Assembly (NCBI GenBank): GCA_973895155.1
Contig: OZ316891.1
Coordinates: 28,215,145-28,279,144, forward strand
Source of the DNA: Marsupella aquatica
Lineage: Eukaryota; Plantae; Marchantiophyta
Length of the DNA: 64,000 bases
Direction of reading: 5' to 3'
Shown here in pieces: positions 25,950 through 40,339 of the stretch (position 1 is the first letter of the stretch; each line of letters starts with the position of its first letter). The notes beneath the pieces were generated by a model. That model saw nothing but the letters and a program-made list of their open reading frames with translations, was not told the origin of the DNA and did no database searches. Position numbers and translations under genes: made by a program.

Positions 25950-27030
25950 GGTGAAGACAAAAAAGACATTGCAATAAAGGAGAATATTTGCTAATATCCA
26001 CTGTCACCAATATCTTGCCCCTAATCCCTATTTTCTGCTTGCCCTTCCACTTTAAGTTATGCCCCCAGAGTAAGTCAGGGTCTCAAGGCTTCACTCTAGA
26101 TAATAGGCCCTAGAAGAATTTGTATAGCAATTATATAGTTGCAGATGTTAGCAAGTGAGAGTCTAATAGGTTGTGAATGAAGGTTTACGGGTTATCACTG
26201 TCCATAGAGGTCTAATTAGGGTTCACTCTCTCAGTCCGGACATATTTTCCAATTTCTGAAAATGATTATCTTGTGTCTTTTGGGTCCATAGAGGATGTAC
26301 GTTTCATTAGCTCCAGAAACCCTTTACAATTTGTTTTCTTTGTATGTCTATACAAGGTTGTGAGGCATTACCCTAGGGTGAATCTACCCCTATACTAGCT
26401 TGGCCTAGAGGCTCTCAAATTTGAATGTGAAATATGATAAGGTGCCAATGGTAGACAGTGAGAAGATGAAACTTTTGTAATGTAAAAATGAAATTAATTG
26501 TTCAAAAAAGCATTTGGACTCTGGAACTCATCCTCACATGGGCTGTAACCCCTTCAGGCTCAGTGTCCTTTGGGATTCCATCCCATTATTCTTTTGGAGG
26601 GATGGGCTTTTACATCCAATTGTGTATCTTTTCCAAATTTTCTGTCTTGCTTTCTGTGCTATGCAGGTAGTTTTCCCAGGAAGGTATGTATAGGGTAATG
26701 ATGGATTGGTCTAGGGTTACTGGTATGTAACCCTGTGACCAGAAAGTGAAGAAATGCTGACCAGTGGCAGTCAGGAAAATTTTCTGAGCTTTGTGGGAAC
26801 GGGCTTCAGACAGTAACCCCAGCCCAAACAGTCATTAACATATGTAATACCTATCCCGAAAAAGATTACCAGACAAGATTTTTTGGGCACAGGGTTATGA
26901 AAATGGTGGCACCTGGTAGAAAAGGTAACACACCGGTAACCTTTCTTCTTGGCAGGAATTAAGTGGTACCTGATCTCTGTGCAGTAATTTCCACAAGAAA
27001 GAAGGTCTGTAACTAACATCAATGGTGTTA
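25950..27030 (-). mobile_element. Possible highly decayed LINE (L1-like) RT remnant
   Basis: Only faint resemblance to L1 RT motifs in broken minus-strand frames; no intact ORF. Confidence 0.25.
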
Positions 27031-27044
27031 AACAATCTTTCTAA

Positions 27045-27812
27045 AGCACAATAGTTTTCCCAAGAAAGCTCTAACTGATCTCTCTAACTGTGCAGTAGGC
27101 TTTCTCAGACACTAGCTGGGCCATCGATGGTGGTAAACGATCCCTCTAAACCATACAATAGTTTTCCCAAGCAGGAACAGGGGCCAACTGTACTGTTGAC
27201 GGTGGTCCCAATCTCTCTAAACTGTAGAGTAGTTTTCCAAAGAATGGGCTCTAACTGCGCTGTTGACGGTGGTCCCGACCTCTCTAAACCATAGAGTAAT
27301 TGTCTCAAAGGAAGAATTATCTCGAATTGCACTGTCGACGGTGGTCCCAATCTCTCCAAACCATTGAGTATTTATTCCAAAGACGAACACAATCTAACTG
27401 CACCATTGCCGTTGGGACGTGGAAGAACTATCTCTAAAGGCACCGTTGACGGTGGTCCCGATCTCTCTAAACCATAGAGTAGTTTTCCCGAGAGCAAACA
27501 GGCTCTAACTGCACCATCAACAGTGGTCCCGATCTCTCTAAACCATAGAGTAGTTTTCCCGAGAAAGAACGGGCTCTAACTGCACCGTCGTCCACGGTGG
27601 TTCCGATCTCTCTAAACCATAGGGTAGTTTTCCCAAGCAAGAACGGAATCCAACTGCGCCGTAGACGGTGGTTCCGATCTCTATAAACCATAGAGTAGTT
27701 TTCCCAAGAAAGAACGGGATCTAACTGCGCCGTAGACGGTGACACCGATCTCTCTAAAGCGTGCAGTAGTTTTGACAAGGGAGAAGAGGCACTAACTGCG
27801 CCGTCGACGGTG
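27045..27812. repeat. Tandem minisatellite, ~71-bp unit, ~10-11 copies, just upstream of the membrane-protein gene
   Basis: Unit gatctctctaaaccatagagtagttttcccaagaaagaacgggctctaactgcaccgtcgacggtggtccc; starts at ~27461, 27532, 27606, 27677 and 27748. Confidence 0.9.
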
Positions 27813-28067
27813 ATACTGAAATCGTGCGTCGGACGCGAACTCCCGAAACTCGCGTCGGCCGTCTCTTTTGCTCTCTCTCTGTCATTTTTCGTTCCTCCTT
27901 TTCTTCGATTCCCACTCGAGAAAAAACAGAGCTCGAAGTCTCAAACCTTCGCATCAGCGTTTCTTCGAGACAAACGCAGAGGGATCGTTAATTACGAGAA
28001 GAGGAAAAGCTTCGCGTCGACGAATTGAAGGTGGAGGTAGAGGTGACGGAGCAGGAGCAGGAAAAGT

Positions 28068-31000
28068 ATGGCGAAATCGAAGCGGAGCAATCCCGGGGCC
28101 GCACTGCTTGTGGCGCTGGTGGTGATGGCGTGCAGCAGTCTAGTGGCAGTGACTCGGGCCGCGTCTAACAATAATGATGAAATTCCAGCAATCACCGGTA
28201 CGTTTTCTTTTTGGTTTTGCTCTCCCTCTGGTGACTGACGATGTTGTTTTGAGTCGAGGAAAGAATCCCTTGTTTTGCACATTCGAGTGAGTGAGTGCCA
28301 GAGATCCGACGAGGAGAACAGTTGACGGTTGCAATTGCCCTAATTCCAACTACTCCAGCAGTTGTGCAGATCTCTCTCTCTCTCTCGCTCTGTCGCTCTC
28401 TCTCTCTCACAAGCTCGAGGTTTACGGTTTATTTTTAACAAACTAACCAAACTCAGGCAATTCAGCACGGGAAGTTGTTATGCTCACGCGACTTCATGCT
28501 TTCCGATGTGGATTAGTGAAGTGATTGTCAAAAGGGGGCGTGCGGTGGGTCTGGTCTTGCGTTGAATCTGACAGTAGCTTCGTTGTTTCTACAAAGTTAG
28601 CTCTCTTCATAGGTTCTAACGACGTCCGTTTGTTTCGGTAGGAACAGTCACTAGCTAAAATTGCTGTACGTTTGAATCATTTCATGTCCATGTGTCGCAT
28701 CAAACAACTGTAGGTTAATACCGTGAGTTTCGCAGCTGTAGCAGAGCACCATAGTCGATATGATTTCTTTGACAGGCCTTACGAATGGTGAACTTTCTTC
28801 TTCTAACAATGTATGAAAATATGTGCTAGAAAAAAAATACGAGTCTAAGCTGATACCGCTACAATGTTGTCCCTTTTGGTCACTGATTCGTAAAACAACA
28901 GTTCCTGCATTCTGAAATCACTTATCGTTCAAATGTTTTTGCCACGGAAGTCTGCTCAAATGTAGGAACTACTTACGGCAATTCCGGGTCTCCCAAAATT
29001 TTATTTGGCTGGGACTGTCGTAGAAGCGATTTGTTGCCCCATGGAAAGTTAAGGTAATTTTAATTTTCATATTGATGACAGAATTTAACGAGATGAGCTG
29101 AGTTCAGCAGCAATGGTGGACCAAGTTTAGAGTGACGTGACTTTGGAGTTCAGGACGCGTCGCAACCGACGTTTATGCTCTTAGTTACTAATATCGCCTT
29201 CGGTTGTATTTGAACAGATTGGTCTTCCATTGACAGACTGGAGCAAGCCTTGAAAGCTGCAACATTCCTTCCCCTCTCGTCTCAGAAGCTGATCCTCGAG
29301 ACGATTGGTGAGGCGCTGGTTGCTGTCGGGGAGGGCCCTCATTGCAACGTCTTTGGAGGTCCTGCTGCTTGTCTTCCAATACCAGAATCTTCAGACTATG
29401 CACGTTTGTGTCATGCTTACAACCAGAAGGTGGATTGTGCTTTTGAGATGGAGGCTCTACAAGGAATTCACCAAGACCCAGACTCTATGATGCGAGACAG
29501 ACTGACAAAAGATAATGGTGAATAGTTTAACTCTTACAGTCCATTCTTGGCCTTTTGTTTGAGTTTTGACAGTCAGGGTGTGAGGTTAGATGAATCAGTG
29601 ACGCAATCTTGAAGTTTGAGCTCTTTCTCAAATTGACATGCCACAATATGATTTCCTCTGGTTATTTCCTCTCACTGACGATTGAAATTGTTTTTGATTG
29701 CTGCATTGTGTGCAACAGGAAGCCCTCCCTGCCCAAAGTGTTACGCTGCTCTTCATAAGTTTTGGTGTGCCCAGACAGTACCAGCCTGTGGTACATTTGA
29801 CAAAGTTGTAGACGAAATCTTGGTATGAAATTTTCCCTTGTAGTAATTTTGAATGTTGGATACAGTGGTAGTCGTTGTCGGTTTCGGTGCGTCAAGGATA
29901 GACGTTTCGTGTTCTTGTTCCATCACGTTCAGTTGCCATTTGGTCGACGTGTACTTATGTTGGCTAGTCTGTCCACTCGTATATAATGTTACTGCTTTCT
30001 GGTCTTTCCTTTAGAGGAAGACGTGACTGCGATGGGGTTATCAATGTGGATTTTGATTAGCTGTTCACCAAGATTAATAACCCCTATGTTACTCGTGCGT
30101 CATACTGAAGGATCTCTGCTGCCTTTTCTGCAGCCTATGATATCTGCGGTGGCTTTGAAGAAGGCGACACCAAGTTCTGCGTTGCAAGAAGCAATTCCGA
30201 GGATGCTACAAACTGCTAGTCTCGGGCTCCCATGCAGGAAAATGTGTAATGCAATAAGTGATACATGTGGTTGCGGTGAGGCTGCTACATTTGGGGAGGT
30301 AATTAACTACTATAACCGTTCAACAGTTTTGGAGAGGTGCAGTAATATAATATATTCCACTGTGGATTACTAACTAGGAATCATCGAACTCATTTCTTTC
30401 AAGTGCATTTTGCCTTTATTTGTAGCAGCCATGTATGTCAGAAACTCGGTTTGGCTGAGTCTCGGTTGTTTCTAGCGCATCCCATTCTGTTGACAGGATT
30501 TAACATGGAACTTCTACTCGATTAACAGGTGATGACGAGTATCCAGAAGCAAACTTCAGAGGGCTATGGCACAAACATGTCATCGTCCACTGCACAAGAA
30601 GTGTTTCAGAAAGTTTGGAATGTCCCAGTTTGCGATCTCTTTTCAGAGGAGACAGTGCCAGGGTTTACTGGTGTCTGCGATGTGGGCACTGAGGAACCAA
30701 ACTGTGAGTGGTGCAGCCGAAAGAATCATCCCACAAATATACATGAGCAGATTGTGGCTCAAATTGCCCAAACAGTATCAGGCATAATGCAGGTACGTAG
30801 CACAGCTTATGGAACGGTTTTGGTTTACTTTTAAGATAGAAATTTTTAGGCTTATTAGGCATGTCTATTAACGATTGTTGGTGATTTACCAACAAATTTC
30901 ATGGAACTGGTCGGGAAGGCCTTCGACCTTAGCAGTAACCGTCATAGGGACCTTGCAAGGATGCTATTACATGTTGAACTCGAGGGATCAACTGGTAGCC

Positions 31001-31399
31001 AGGCTAATGATCATGGATCGCGACATTAGGTTGTTTCCTACGCAGTTTTTTAACTTTTGGCTGCAGAATTTGTCCGCATCAAAATTCATGGTTTCAAACC
31101 ACCTCATCCCGCTTCTGAACACCAGGTTGTGCTCTTGTCAGGGTGGTTTGCAGACAATTCTGAGCGAGGCAGGCGGCGCAAAGCATAAAGGGTCTGTGGG
31201 AACGTGGAATTGGAGACTTGATGAACCTGCACCAGAGAAGCGCAAAGCAGGGCACACGGGAGTAACAGTGGTTCTTGTATTCTTGTTGGCAGCGGCGCTT
31301 GTGGCGTTTGTCGTAGCTGCACGGATCCATCACAATCGGCAAAATCCATCACAGTATGTTGATCTCAACAGCATGGGCTATACTCCCCCAATATTGTAG
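28068..31399 (+). CDS. Cys-rich single-pass (type I) membrane protein, multi-exon
   Basis: Signal peptide MAKSKRSNPGAALLVALVVMACSSLVAVTRA. Cys-rich exons at ~29237-29517, ~30016-30298 and ~30529-30792. The last exon (~31142-31399) has TM VTVVLVFLLAAALVAFVVAA and tail QYVDLNSMGYTPPIL. Confidence 0.75.
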
Positions 31400-32099
31400 A
31401 TGTACACAAGGATCAAATTATAGAGCAGACAAGACGATTTGCCTTCTCTCCATCTTCGGGATCCTCTGTGCTATTATCAAGTCTAGTAAAAGACCCGGTA
31501 GTATATTGGACTGTAGCATAATAGGTGATTGATACATTCTGAACGAACTCTACATGGGTAGTGACCCTCAAGGCAAGTGGCCAAAAGTCCTTCATTAGTT
31601 CACATCCTGGAGGTGTGTAAAATAGCTTTCCTTGGCGTATTCCCTTTATATAATAGGTGAATAATTGTATATTGAACTATTCATTTATCTGTCGACTAGC
31701 AACTGTATCTGGTAACTCGGCTACCTGGGACTGTCACCTGTCTAAGCTGTTTTTTTGTTCTGTAAACCTTCATGGATCAGGCTTCTTCATGAAGCATCTT
31801 GTTGTTACCTGATGAAAGATCTAACTGTGAACTCTGGGAGATGATGCCACTCGAGACATTTTATTGATAAAGTTCGTTGGTGGTCAGGCTAGGTTGCAAT
31901 CTCGAACTTTTGTTACATGGACCAGCAAGCGGTACATGGACTGGTACTTGGTGATTATCATGTCGTAGTGCTATACAATTTTATCCTCGTTGTCTGGCTT
32001 CTAAATACTCATCAGCAAGTTATTTGTTTTCTTCATCAGTAAAGTTCTTGGCTTGACTTTACACGCGGTTGAGGAGTTACTGCTGAGCCCAATTCCGCC

Positions 32100-33560
32100 A
32101 CTTAAATACGATGTTCTTACTTGAAGCTTACTAGTGGTCAAAAACCCTTGGGCTCAATGGACAGGTAAACATTTCAAAGAGGTATTTGTCGTCAATGAGG
32201 GGTTATCAATGACGTCTTAAACCAGCACTGGCATCAGAAAAGGGAGAAGTGTCTAAAACCTCTACCTTTTGACGTTCCTGTGATAACCTCTATGGCATTA
32301 GTTTCAGTACAAGCGACTACATGGAGCTGCTATCGTAGGAGGAAGAGGAGAGAGGAAGAAACACTTAGTTTCCTTCTTCCCATCTACGGGGAGGACGACT
32401 TTATAACGAGGTTCTGAGAGCTTCAGTTTATGAATTCAAGACGAGCATGTTCTGCTATCTCAGGCACGGGAATTGATATTCGACTCGAGTTAACATGCCT
32501 ACACGTTGTTCAACATCTCATGAATTGACATTAGGATTAGTAACATGCCCAGATACATTGGGTAAGATGACCTTATGGACAGACATTATAGTCGAGTACC
32601 GTACCCGTCATATACACCGAGGTCCAAGTCTCAGTATTACGAGACAGAATGAAGTCACATGCCTTTAAAACTGATGTCTAAGTTTCATCAATCGACATTA
32701 GAAACGAAGAGCACGCACAGAGACGTTCTGTAAGATGATAAGCTCGCGAATCTACTTTCGACTCGAAGAAAATCCTTTAAAACATCTTCCTGCCTCTTGA
32801 CTCACAAAGAGAAGATCATCGGCTCGTCTCGTCTGACCCATCTGGGCGTCTCCATTGCAGCTGTGGAAAACAATCTGTGGAAGGCATTCAGCTTAAAGTG
32901 CACAGAAACGATCAAACATCAGGCCACCATAATAAATAACTGACAACGCCACTCTCGGCATAGTTAACACTGACTGGGATCGAGAGACTTGCGCTGAGTT
33001 TCGGATCCCTGGATTTCTGGATCCAAAAGGAAATGCTGAGAGCTAGATTGGGAATGAACCAAAGGTAGAATTCGTACAGCCTTTGCACAAAGAAGCCAGC
33101 CCATCTACTGTAGCTTCAAAAGTGGCAACCTCCTTTACAGACCCAGACTTGATACGGGGACAATTATTTGCTTCATGCATTCGTTCATGTAATGTGAACG
33201 ATGCCATCTCATCCAATGCTCTTGCCGAGTATTGGTATTTTAGCACCACATGTGGACTGTGGTGGCGTTGACTTTCTTTCCTCGAGTTTCACCGAGAGAC
33301 ACAGACTAAACCAAAAGCCTGAGTAAGTCAATTTTCTTTGATTCGGTTATCATCGCTTCATAAAGATTCGTTTCAAGTGGGAAAGCAAACGTGACATAGA
33401 ATTGGAGCCACATCGTTTCTGGAGAAAAACTCACCAAAATGTATAATTCAGGGAAAAACAAAGTGAAAGGAAAGGAAAAGAGTTCCAAAGTGGACAAACA
33501 CCTAACCAGAAAAAGAAAAGCAAGTGTAAACCTAAAAAAGTCGAATAAAAAGATAAAAGT
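32100..33560 (+). mobile_element. Decayed LINE (L1-like) 3' fragment
   Basis: Degenerate GIRqG..LsP.LF-like motif at ~32230 and an A-rich 3' end; no ORF. Confidence 0.35.
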
Positions 33561-36500
33561 GTCAAACACTACATGAGTGCAAACTCAATGACTAGTGTCT
33601 ACATTGGAATATGTGACAAAAGCTAATGGGTTTCTGGAGGGTTGCTTGATTCAACATCCAACCTTAAAAAATTGACCGGACGAGCACCTTACATGTGAAG
33701 TTTCGCTTTATCTTTCAAGCATGGGCCGCTTTGGAAGTGGTGGGAGCCCAATCAGGCAGGCGCCCCCACCCATGATCTACGAAAGGTACCCAATCGGACA
33801 GATCTCATGCAATTGCTCTCCACTATTTCTACCAATATTTTCATCCCAGATCCATTCTATCAGCACGACAAGCAATCACGCAGGAGATAGCTTTTTGCCA
33901 ATCAATCTCCTCGTCCACTCAATCAAAGGGGCACATAGGACAGCTCTCAGTTGAGGTCATTCCTCATCCGCCATAACTGATGCCAAAGCCGTAGGACTGC
34001 GAGCGAGCTGGAGGCTCATCCCCTGGTCTTTTTCGTTGGAAAGGGATGGTTGAAAGGAGGCAGGGCAGGCCCACCCAATTTACGCTCGTGCTGTACTGCA
34101 TTTTCTGATCCCAATTAACCATGGCCTCTAAAGAAGTCCACGAGGTTCGTTTTTTGCAATAACTTGTGGGCTGGAAAGCTTTACCAGATGGAGGACCGGC
34201 CATAGCCAAAGGACTTTGTACTTTTCTGCTACTTTTTAGAAAAGCAAGGTGCTAGCTCCAAAGGTTGAATGTCATGCCGAGGGACAGTGCCTCTTATGCA
34301 CATCGGCATGTCCCTCGCATGTCCGCTAGGTATGTAGTTAGGGCTAGTGTACTACTTGAGTTAGCGACATGTTCTTATAGCAAATGTCAGGCGTTCTTGA
34401 AGCAAACGTGCTTGTTGGTGTGACGCCAGGACTTTGTTTACTTAGGACATGTCTTTGTTTGTGGGTTTTTCAGTTCTTCTTGAATCGCTGTTGACAGAGC
34501 TTAGACAGTGCTCGTCGGTTCCGTACACGGGATTCACACAGTGATTCGTTAGATGCTCCCGGCCGATCTTGGCATCCTGCCGGTTTTCGATTTGATTTCA
34601 GTACAATTGTTTCTCTTACGCCTTTTATTCAAGAAGAACTGCCGAGTGAAGGGAAGAAAATCAAAAACGTTGTGCTTCTCAGCTGCTCATGCCGGTCTAG
34701 ACAATTTCCGTCGAAGCCGGTGCAATTTCTTTGCAGAAAAATCAAGCGATGGGGTTAGAGTTAGATTTTTCCTTGTATACACATCACTTATGTGTATACA
34801 CTTAAACTCTCGGACTGGCGGAGTACACCCAGGAGGAGACGAGGGGAGAGCTTCCGGGAGGTTTTGCATGTTGCCCAGGTTTTTCTTTTCCGGCCGCAAC
34901 CTGCTTCACGACCTACTGCCATGACCTTCGTCGGCGACTTGCTGCCGACTGCACACGGCGCTGTGCTCTTGCTGGAGTTTTTAACGACCCTTTGAAGCCC
35001 CTTTTTCGTTGGTTTTATGGCCATTTCCCGGCCACGGCTGCCATCCTGCATCGGCTGCCGCGCGACAACCTCCAGACTGCCTCGGCCACCGCGCGCCTGC
35101 TTCTCGACTACATAGGGCCGCGCACCCGTTTTCGTTTCGCCTTTTTTGCCATTTTTTGCCTTCGTCGCCTCGCCACTCCTTTCGCTTTGGTGTGCAGGCT
35201 GTGCATAGGGCATCGTGCCCCTTGCCTCGCCCATTTCCTTCCTTCTTTTTCCCTACCGTTATCAGCAATTAAAGCAGCTGGATGGGGGGGAAGCGAGCGC
35301 AAGGAGAGGGCACAAGGCCCTATGGAGAATAAAGAGGGGGAGGGGGAGTAATCATTCGACTCCCTCTTTTGGGAGTCCCCCCCCTGCAAGGCACAAAGCC
35401 CATCCAACAGCATTAAGGAAGGAGGGGGAAGCGAAAGGAGGGCACCAAGCCCTAGGTAGCATTAAGTGGGGAGGAGGTGATTTTTGGCAGTAATGGAGGA
35501 GCCCTGCCAGAAGCAAAGCGAGGGAGAGGGCATGAGGCCCAACAGGAATCATTGAGGGGAGAGGGAGCTTGTAGCCTCTCTTTGGGAGTTCATAAAGGGG
35601 GGCACGAAGCCCTATGGAGGGTTCAGGAGCCATTAAGAGGGGCTCATTTCTTTCTGTTCGCCCTTGCCTTAATTTTGCCTCGGTTTTTCTTTGGCACTTA
35701 CCCTACCTCGCCTCACCCTTTCTTTGTCTTTCGGGCTGGATTCTTTCCTTTCGCCTTGTTGCGCCTCGCCTTGCTCGACAGCATAGGGCCGCGCACCATT
35801 TTTATTGTTGTGTATAGGTCGCTTGCCTATACACATTCGGCCGGTTGGCCTTAAACCCAATGTGTATACACTTAGGGGCGGGCCCGTTTTTCTCGTATTT
35901 CTTTTCCCTCGACGTGCCTCCCTTGCTTTCCATTCCGAACGGCTGCACTTTCCGGGTCCACAATGGGGCCCGATGTGTATAGATTTTAGGGGCCCTCCTT
36001 TACGCCCTCCTCATATGCATACCGCTGCGGGTCCTGTGTCTACACATCAAACAGTCAATTTGGCATATAATAGGCAAATGTGAAGGGGGCTGAATTTGCA
36101 CTTTTAAGGGTCATTTTTTTTCCGATGGTTTTCTTTGTAACGGTTTTTATGTGTGTTCACACCTTTTGTACATTTGGCACCCCGGGTTAGCATGCAGCAT
36201 GTCAGTAGACGAGCCAGGAGGTAGCAGCACATCGCCACCGACACCCAGGTATCATTTATGGAGTGATCCACGACCGTTGGTGCCAATTTCATTGGAATCT
36301 CGGCAATTTCGACGACGTCAACAGACAGCAGCAGCACCCATACCACGCCATCCTTCTGCTACATTTGGTGGTCGCTTCACCACTACCCCGAAGCCTACTA
36401 TCACTTCATTGCCACTTACCCCTTCTGCATCAGTGGTTGTTCCTGCTTCACCGACATACAACATGGATGCCAGCCACTCATCTGGCCGCATTGAGCGCTT

Positions 36501-39500
36501 CAGCGGGCGGCCAGGCACTGTTTCTTTGCGTGAGTTCAAATCCACTTTCTACACTGTCGTATACAAATTGGAGTTGAAGTATGGCAGCAATTTCACAAAT
36601 GCTTTTGCATTTAAGCAGCTAGCCAGGTATGTGCACCATGAGGCTTTGGATGTGTATGAGTAGCATTCTCAATGGCTGCTTGCTGTCACACGGTTGCCTA
36701 ACCCTACCTATGCCAGTGCAATTGCGGCAGCCTCACAATTGGCCTTACAGAATACCATTGCAGCCCATGCTACTGCTCCTACCACTTCCCCTCCTACTCC
36801 AGTTCCTACCACTGCGCCAGTTACTCCCACTGTCTTGGCACAGGCTACATCAGGCATTTCTCCCACCATTGATTCTCCTACCTTTGCTGATCCAGTGGCT
36901 GAGTTTTCCAGGTTCTTGAATTGGAATTCCCAATCAAGAGTGCTGACAAAATCATGCAGTTGGCCACCTTTGTGAGGCAGCGTGATGAAACCTTGAAGAT
37001 GATGTATCGCCGGCTTCTCAAGCTGAAGGAGGACACCCAGAGCATCACTGACCTGGAAGCTGCTCATCGCTATCTTTGCGCATTGGAGGGCACACCAGCT
37101 CTCCATTCGCAAGTGTTGCAGCAAGTATTCTCTGAGTTTGGAGACAGCTACACCCAGTCTGCTCAATGTCTATGACACTGTTGAGAAACTTGAGTTGGCC
37201 CATGCACATTATGAGGCCAGTATTGCGCATCCACCGCGATCCAGGTACCAGGCTGCTGCCCCTACACTGGCCACCCCTTCCCGTGTGCCACAGTATGGTT
37301 CCAAGACCAAGTCAGCCCATGCTGTTTTCATGTTGCCATCTTGCAACTACTGTGGTAACCTCAATCACAAGGCTAATGAATGTGATATTGTTGCTAAGGA
37401 CCTGTCTTGTGATTTTTGCGGGAAAGTGGGCCACTTGGAGGCACTTTGTTTTGCCAAATTCCCAGAGAGGAAGCAGCTACAACAACAGGCCACTCATCCT
37501 GCTCCTGTTTCCACTCCCCCACCAGCTAGGAGGGCTCCTACTGCATTAGTTGCTCCTCCTTCCAGTGGCAAAGCACCCAGTGCCAACAAATTGCCCAAGT
37601 AGCAACAGAAGCAACCAGCTCAGAAGGAGGCTCACAATGCACAGGCAACTCAACTCCAGTCTCTGACTCATGAGGTTGAGTCCCTACGTGCCCAACTTGC
37701 CAACATCAAAGGCAAGTCACTTGCCTCTGCTGGTCCTTCTCAACCGGCTGGTCACGTGCAACCCATCCTGGGCCCAAGCATCACTGACAGTTCAACATCT
37801 CTACCCCGCTCTTTCTATGGCTTGCCATTTGATGCTCATATGGGTGAGTGTGTGCTGTCCTCTGCTACACAGCATGGCCTTATAGCAGAATTTTCAGATT
37901 CATTCTGCCCTTCCTATTTTGCTTACTAGCAGGCTAGTGCAGCCTCTCGTATTGCTTCCACACGCCGCATTGTACAGGCTGATGGTCTTGCTGCCGGTCC
38001 TATGACTAGAGCCAGGGGAGCTTGGGCTGTCTTGCCCCAATCTTTTTAGCCACTCACACTTGCTGAAGAGCGCACCTTGTTGGCGAGGGGGAGCGAGCTA
38101 CAGCTACATCCATTCCACCACCAAGTGTTGCTGACATTTCACAGGGAGTTGTTTCTCCTGAGCTGCTTGAGCATTTCACATCCGGTATGGCACAAAGGAT
38201 TCTTACAACTCCACTTTTCAGTTGCCATGATTTACAACTGGATGCTATCTGAGCTGTCATTGGAGCGCTAGAGGGCTCACTGCATTCTTCATCAGCCCTT
38301 GTGACATCGGTTTTGGAGGTCCAATCTCATGTACATACTGGACCTTCTTCTTCTCCATTACATATTTCCACTGGTTTGGCTATCCCAGTACCAATTTCCA
38401 GTGGTAGAGATGACAATATTGCTGCAGATTGTGTGACCAGAGCTACACTTGATTCTGGTCATGCTGCCCCATCTTTCCTGACTATGCTGTTGAATGGAAA
38501 GACCGTGGACACTAACTCCCTTCACAAAGTACCTCATCATTTGCCAAAAGTGGTGCCTAGCAACAGGACTTCAGTTTCCACCACCATTGCCATTGTTGAC
38601 AACAGGAATTCAGCGGTCAAGTTGGAGGGTCACACTCCTCAGGTGGTCATGCTAGACACAGGTGCTCAACCAATGATATTGGGCATTCAGTTTGCCAAGA
38701 AGATGGGATTACTGACTGATCATTTACAGCAATCCAAGTGGCACATTCGGACTGCTAGTGGCATTGTGGAGGATGTGCTGGGTGAGAGTTCTACTTTACT
38801 CACTCTCACATTTAATGGAGGTACAGATCAGGATCTGCATTTCCCAGTCACATGTTTGGTTACCAATGTCACTACGTATGATGTGCTCATTGGCCAGGAG
38901 GCTTTGTTCCCACCAGGTTTTACCATTGACAATTGGCATGAGCATGCATACTACAGAGTTGATTGGCATTGGCATACGGATGGCTCACACTTGGGCTACA
39001 TTCCACTTGATTTTCATGGTGCTCATACACCTATGGCTCACCACTGTGTTTTGAAAGCAGTGCACACAGCTACCTATGTCAACCACCCATTGCAGGATTG
39101 GATTGAGGAGGATGATGATGAGGTGGCTACTGCACATGCTGTTGCACGTATAGCAACACTTTCCATCAACGTGGATCATCAACCAGAGGTGGTACAACGG
39201 CTCCAAGCAGCCCATGGACCTTTGGTGGTTGCATTGCGCAAATTTGAGGACCTTGGGCAGCACAATGGACAACCAATAGCCCCAATCTTGAGCGCACCAG
39301 TTACATGGACTCCTCCTCCGGATGGCCTTACATTGCTTGAGCTTTTTGGTGGCATTCTACAGGCCTGGAAGCTCTCCTACAGTCTGGCATGGTGGTGAAG
39401 CAGTACATCTACGTGGACATTGATCCAGGTGCAAGGCAAGTGGCTGAATCCCGTCTGCTGGAATTTTCAGAGCGATTTCCCCAGCAGTTTCCACACAGTG

Positions 39501-40339
39501 CATGGAAGTCTGCATTTTCTTTCTTCCCTCCAGATATCCAGCTTGTCCAGCACCGGCACTTAACCTTCTTGGCTCCCTTGATTTGATCATAGATCACTCT
39601 ATTCATTAAAACTGGAATTTCTAGAGTCCAAAAGTTGATGCTCAAAAGTATTATTTTGCTACCCAAAATTTCACAAAATTTGCCCCAAAAGTATATATTT
39701 GGTAGGCCAAATGTACACTTTTTGTGGTCTAAAATTACACTTCTTGTACCTAAATTATTAAATAACTAAATAGTAATTTATAATTAATTAATATTCATAT
39801 AATAGAAAGTTATATTATTATACTATATAGTATCATTATTATTATATAGTCTAAAAAAGCATATCAATGAATAGAATATAACAATCTATATACAATATAT
39901 TAAATTAAAATTATTGGAAATACATGAATGACTATATCAGTTTAGTCAATGGTCTCTACCCTAAGTAACACTAGTAAATATGGTAGTTTGACTGTCAAGG
40001 GTAGCAAGTGATGAATGGTCATTTGTCCTTATTAATTAAGGGTAGAGATTGCAACCACCCTAATCTCCTATCTATGTAAGAACTTATATTTATCATACTT
40101 AGATGGTCAAGATAGTCTAGACCCAAATGGAGGGTTTATCTTTGACTAAATATTACACTCATGACTCTCTTAGTTGGTAGAAATCATTTGAGCAAGCAAG
40201 TCCAGACCTTGAAAAATCAAATTTCATACCTCGGTTGCACACCACCTACGACACTATATTCCAGAACTTATAGGATAGGTACAACAATTATCATAATAAC
40301 TTGGCTCCACAAAAGACCTAAAGCAAAACCCCTTTGAAT

